Assembly (NCBI GenBank): GCA_965645245.1
Contig: OZ287078.1
Location: 1,116,001 to 1,180,000, forward strand
Length of the DNA: 64,000 nucleotides
Direction of reading: 5' to 3'
DNA from: Massalongia carnosa
Lineage: Eukaryota
The position numbers and the translations under genes are program-made. The notes below the pieces were generated by a model. The model did not search any database, was not told where the DNA came from, and worked only from the letters and a program-made list of their open reading frames with translations. Of the stretch, positions 60,777 to 64,000 are shown piece by piece; position 1 is the first letter of the stretch, and every line of letters starts with the position of its first letter.

Positions 60777-63700
60777 ATGGCAGAGCCAGGCCAGGAAGAA
60801 ATCCTGTTCTTTGCAGATTCAACTACGGTGTCAAAAGTTGAAGCTGTAAAGTGGCTAAAGGTTGCATCCCCAATGTGTAGCTACTGGCCGTAGCGCTAAT
60901 GGAGTGTTGCTCTTCCAGGCTCATAACAATGATTTCTCAACTGCCATAAATGCCTACTTGAATGACCCAAACTCGCTAGTAGGTTTCCTTGATTGACGCG
61001 CTGCATACGGTCCCTCACGCGGACTGACTATGAAACCAGCCCTATGTTGATCATACTTGGAACGAGGGCCCGTTTCACTCGGATAAGACAGACAATGGCC
61101 AGGAAGGTCAAAACCGAAGCAGTGAGGACCCTTGGGAAGACCTGGAGGGTGGGAGCCCTCACCCAAGGTAATGCTGGGCATCTTACGGACAGAATGCTGA
61201 TACCTAAAAACACTCGATAGCTTTCACCGTTCATTCACATGATACGCTAGGCCCGGAGGTGTTTGTCACCAGCAGCGCCCCCTCAAGGCCACCATCTCGA
61301 ATCAGCATACGAGCTGGGGCATCACCAGATCCTGTGGTAGGTTAGTACCTTCAGTGTAGCATGGAATATACGGATAATGCCTGATCCAAATCACCAGGAC
61401 CGCCAAAACAGTTCACCCTCGCTGAGCAAGAACAGAGGCAGATAGAAATGGCAGTAGCAAATAGCATGAATCATGAAAATCCGGGTCAGACGAGTGGTGT
61501 CATTGATGTTTCCAACCCTTATTTTGGCCCTGCACAGCGGGACAACTACGATATTAGTAACTGGGCCATGGCTACCACAGGCTCCCATACACAGGAGATT
61601 CTGCTTAACCCGGAGCCGACGGATCGCAAGCGTGAGCCCAATACGCCTGCTTTCCTCAAACCGACCCCACAAGTATATCAGCTATCGGCACTGATCAAAA
61701 TTCTACACGCCATCCCTCTATCACGAGAAGCACTGTTATGTAGAACAAACGTGTTGGCCGACTATGGCCATGATAGCGAGTGGTGGGATGGTACGCCGAT
61801 CAAAGTTCTTAAAGTGGTCGATTTGACAGAAGGGAGTCACTATAACGACCGGATCGAAGTCATTCACGAAAGCCAACGCTTGGTGGCGTTTCTTGACGAA
61901 ACAGATCGAGCATATGGGAGTACAGAAGTACTAGCAAATCTAGTGTGCATCCAGGCACGGGGGCAGGGTTCAATTGTTGCGACTTATTTAGAGGAATGGC
62001 GAAAGGCTTTGAACCCTACGGCAACTGGCCCTCCTTTTTCGGATATCTTTTTATCAATTGGAAAAAAGACAATCCTTGACGAAGCGGAAGCCGCCGCGGA
62101 ACATCCGTTTCAATTTCTGGAGCTACGGATCGATGAAGAGCTTGCTGACCGAGGGCAGACACTCTACGAAGCTATCGATGACCATTTATGGGCTGGTCAG
62201 ACCGAGAGCAGCGAGGAGCACGTATACCTTGAGAAAGTTGCAGATGTGCTTGTTATCGAGGCTAAACGGGTGAAAGAATCTGACTCAGGACTTGGCATAA
62301 GGATTCCAGCTGTGTGGTACTCTGATCGCTACTTGCAGTCATCGATGAAGGAAGCAAAGGAGATGCTCGTGGGAAAAGCTACTGTTCAGAAAGAAATTGA
62401 GTGCATTGAAGAAGCAAAGTCCAAGGTAGCAAAAATTCGAACTTCAACTACTGAACCACCGATAGCAGATGGCACCCAGTTGGTGAAATCGGTGACTGCC
62501 TATTTCCAAAGGTTGGCATCAAGCAAATATGCCAACGATGAGTTACAGGAAACACCAGGGATCAGCGCTATTTCCCAGCAACACAGTAGATACAGCATTA
62601 TTGCTAACGAACTCAAGGCCCTAACGGAAAGGATTGCGCAGAAGCTTAAAGGTGGGGTTCATTCGTTCTAGTGTGTTGAGCTCCGCTGATCAACGACAGA
62701 ATTCGATGAATCCAAGGAACTAGCCCGTGAAAAGCTGGAAAAACTCTCAAAACTTTATTCCAAGCCATCAGATGACGTAGATGCGCCCCCCCATCACAAG
62801 TACACCCTTCGAGGAGTATGCAGCCTCTCGCATACCATGTATGTGCTGGAAAGGACCAAACCCGATGTTGACAACGATAGCCTTAGCTCCGAAGCGAAGG
62901 ACTGGCAATGGTGGAAAATCAGCTACCAAGGCACGGATTCAAAACCTGTTTCGCGCTCTGTGAGTCTGCTACTTCTTGCTTATATTTCTAGTTTCCTTTA
63001 CGCATGCAATATTCAAGGATTGGTTTCCATGGCTGTGGTATCAACGTCATTGCTGATACCAAAATGTAGAAAGTCCGTGAGATCGAGGTCTTGAAAGCCG
63101 CGAAAGATGAATCCAAGACGGCGTTGTTCGTCTACGCAAGCGAGCTTGCAGTCTCGTACGCTGTCGAAGATATGCCAACGCCGCTGCGAGTATGCTGCTA
63201 GCATATTATACATCAGGCCTGTAGAAATCGCTGACCCAACCGTAGAACTTTGTCGGAGCGGATAACTTAAGCTTTGCCGCCGAGCTGGAGAGATCCATGG
63301 AGCCCAAACCTCTTACGCCCACGAAACGCAAGGCCGATGACATCGACAGCGACGACCTGAGTTCGAAGTTCTATAGATCTTCCCCACAACGGAAGGAAAG
63401 CGGGATGCAGCAGCAATCCAGTCGGCCCCAGGACCCCACTTTGCCGGCCTACATCCCTTGGGAATCCGGGCCCTTTGTCCCCTTCTCGCCAACCCGAAGT
63501 CCCACTCACGATATTGATAAAAACCTAGGTGGCAGCTACGATAATGTGATCCCCATCAGCCTTCGGACTCCCAGCCCCGCTCAAGATGCATTCTCCACCA
63601 ACATGCTCGATTCTGACGATAGAAACCCGAGTGGACAACAAGAAATGATGGATCGAGGTGGCCGCATCGCGCTCCCAACGGGAGTGGGAATTGGAATGGC

Positions 63701-63824
63701 AATGGCCAACAAAGGTTATTCCTTGGGCAGCTACGTACCTGAGCTCACGATGGATGACCGAGACGATGACGAGGAAATGGAGGACAGCAAGCATGTGGAA
63801 TTTGCGGATGAGGGCCCGAGATGA
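60777..63824 (+). CDS. UBA-like/ubiquitin-interaction-motif protein (possibly Rup1-like)
   Basis: The N-terminus is UBA-like (EILFFADST...AVKWLK|AHNND...AINAY). It is followed by a UIM-like EQEQRQIEMAVANSM, RKREPNTPAFLKP, ILHAIPLSREALL, HKYTLRGV and WQWWKISY. Several GT-AG introns; stop at 63824. Confidence 0.8.
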
Positions 63825-64000
63825 TGATCCATGAGACAGCGGTCGAGTCCCGGGCTAGTTACAGCTACGTTTGTTCGGGGTTTTGTAACGGGCAGTTGTG
63901 GAGAATTCAATAAGTCTCACTTCTCGGCCTTTTTACTGCGAGAAGCTACTCTAGGGTTTAGGTAGGAGGGGAGTGTAGAATGGGTGTTACTCGATAAAAG

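Noticed and set aside
1..64000. CRISPR array, prokaryotic defence system, intact transposon, rRNA or secondary-metabolite cluster
   Set aside because: The DNA is spliceosomal-intron-rich and eukaryotic. No repeat-spacer array, transposase, reverse transcriptase, LTR/TIR pair, rRNA, or PKS/NRPS/terpene synthase was seen.

Overview
Intron-rich eukaryotic DNA from a filamentous ascomycete (Pezizomycotina; a lichen-forming lineage is possible but cannot be shown from this sequence). Most of the window is a dense housekeeping block of about 25 genes: a CorA-like membrane protein, YTP1, KIN17/RTS2, derlin, CBF5, FYV10/GID9, BMT5, PTH1, UGA1, SET2, an AT-hook protein, SPT4, PPT1, POP8, ESS2/DGCR14, MID1, COQ8, ureF, SIS1, RBG2, CWC2, GCN2, a Cut12-domain protein, a CDC34-like E2 and a UBA/UIM protein. 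It also holds two decayed, RIP-like pseudogene patches and several microsatellites. The best signals are non-coding. (1) The ORF-free gap between the CDC34-like and UBA/UIM genes looks like the telomerase RNA gene: it has a CTAACCCTA template, a pseudoknot-like region and a CR4/5-type three-way junction in the expected order. The template is duplicated as a perfect 13-nt tandem repeat, and the RNA ends almost against the next gene. (2) The derlin gene has a 371-nt, highly structured intron that may encode a snoRNA-like or regulatory RNA. (3) Four introns use GC-AG splice sites, and there is a perfect heat-shock element upstream of SIS1. All gene names come from motif recognition and all structures from pairing by hand. 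No searches or folding programs were run, and exon boundaries were read by eye.
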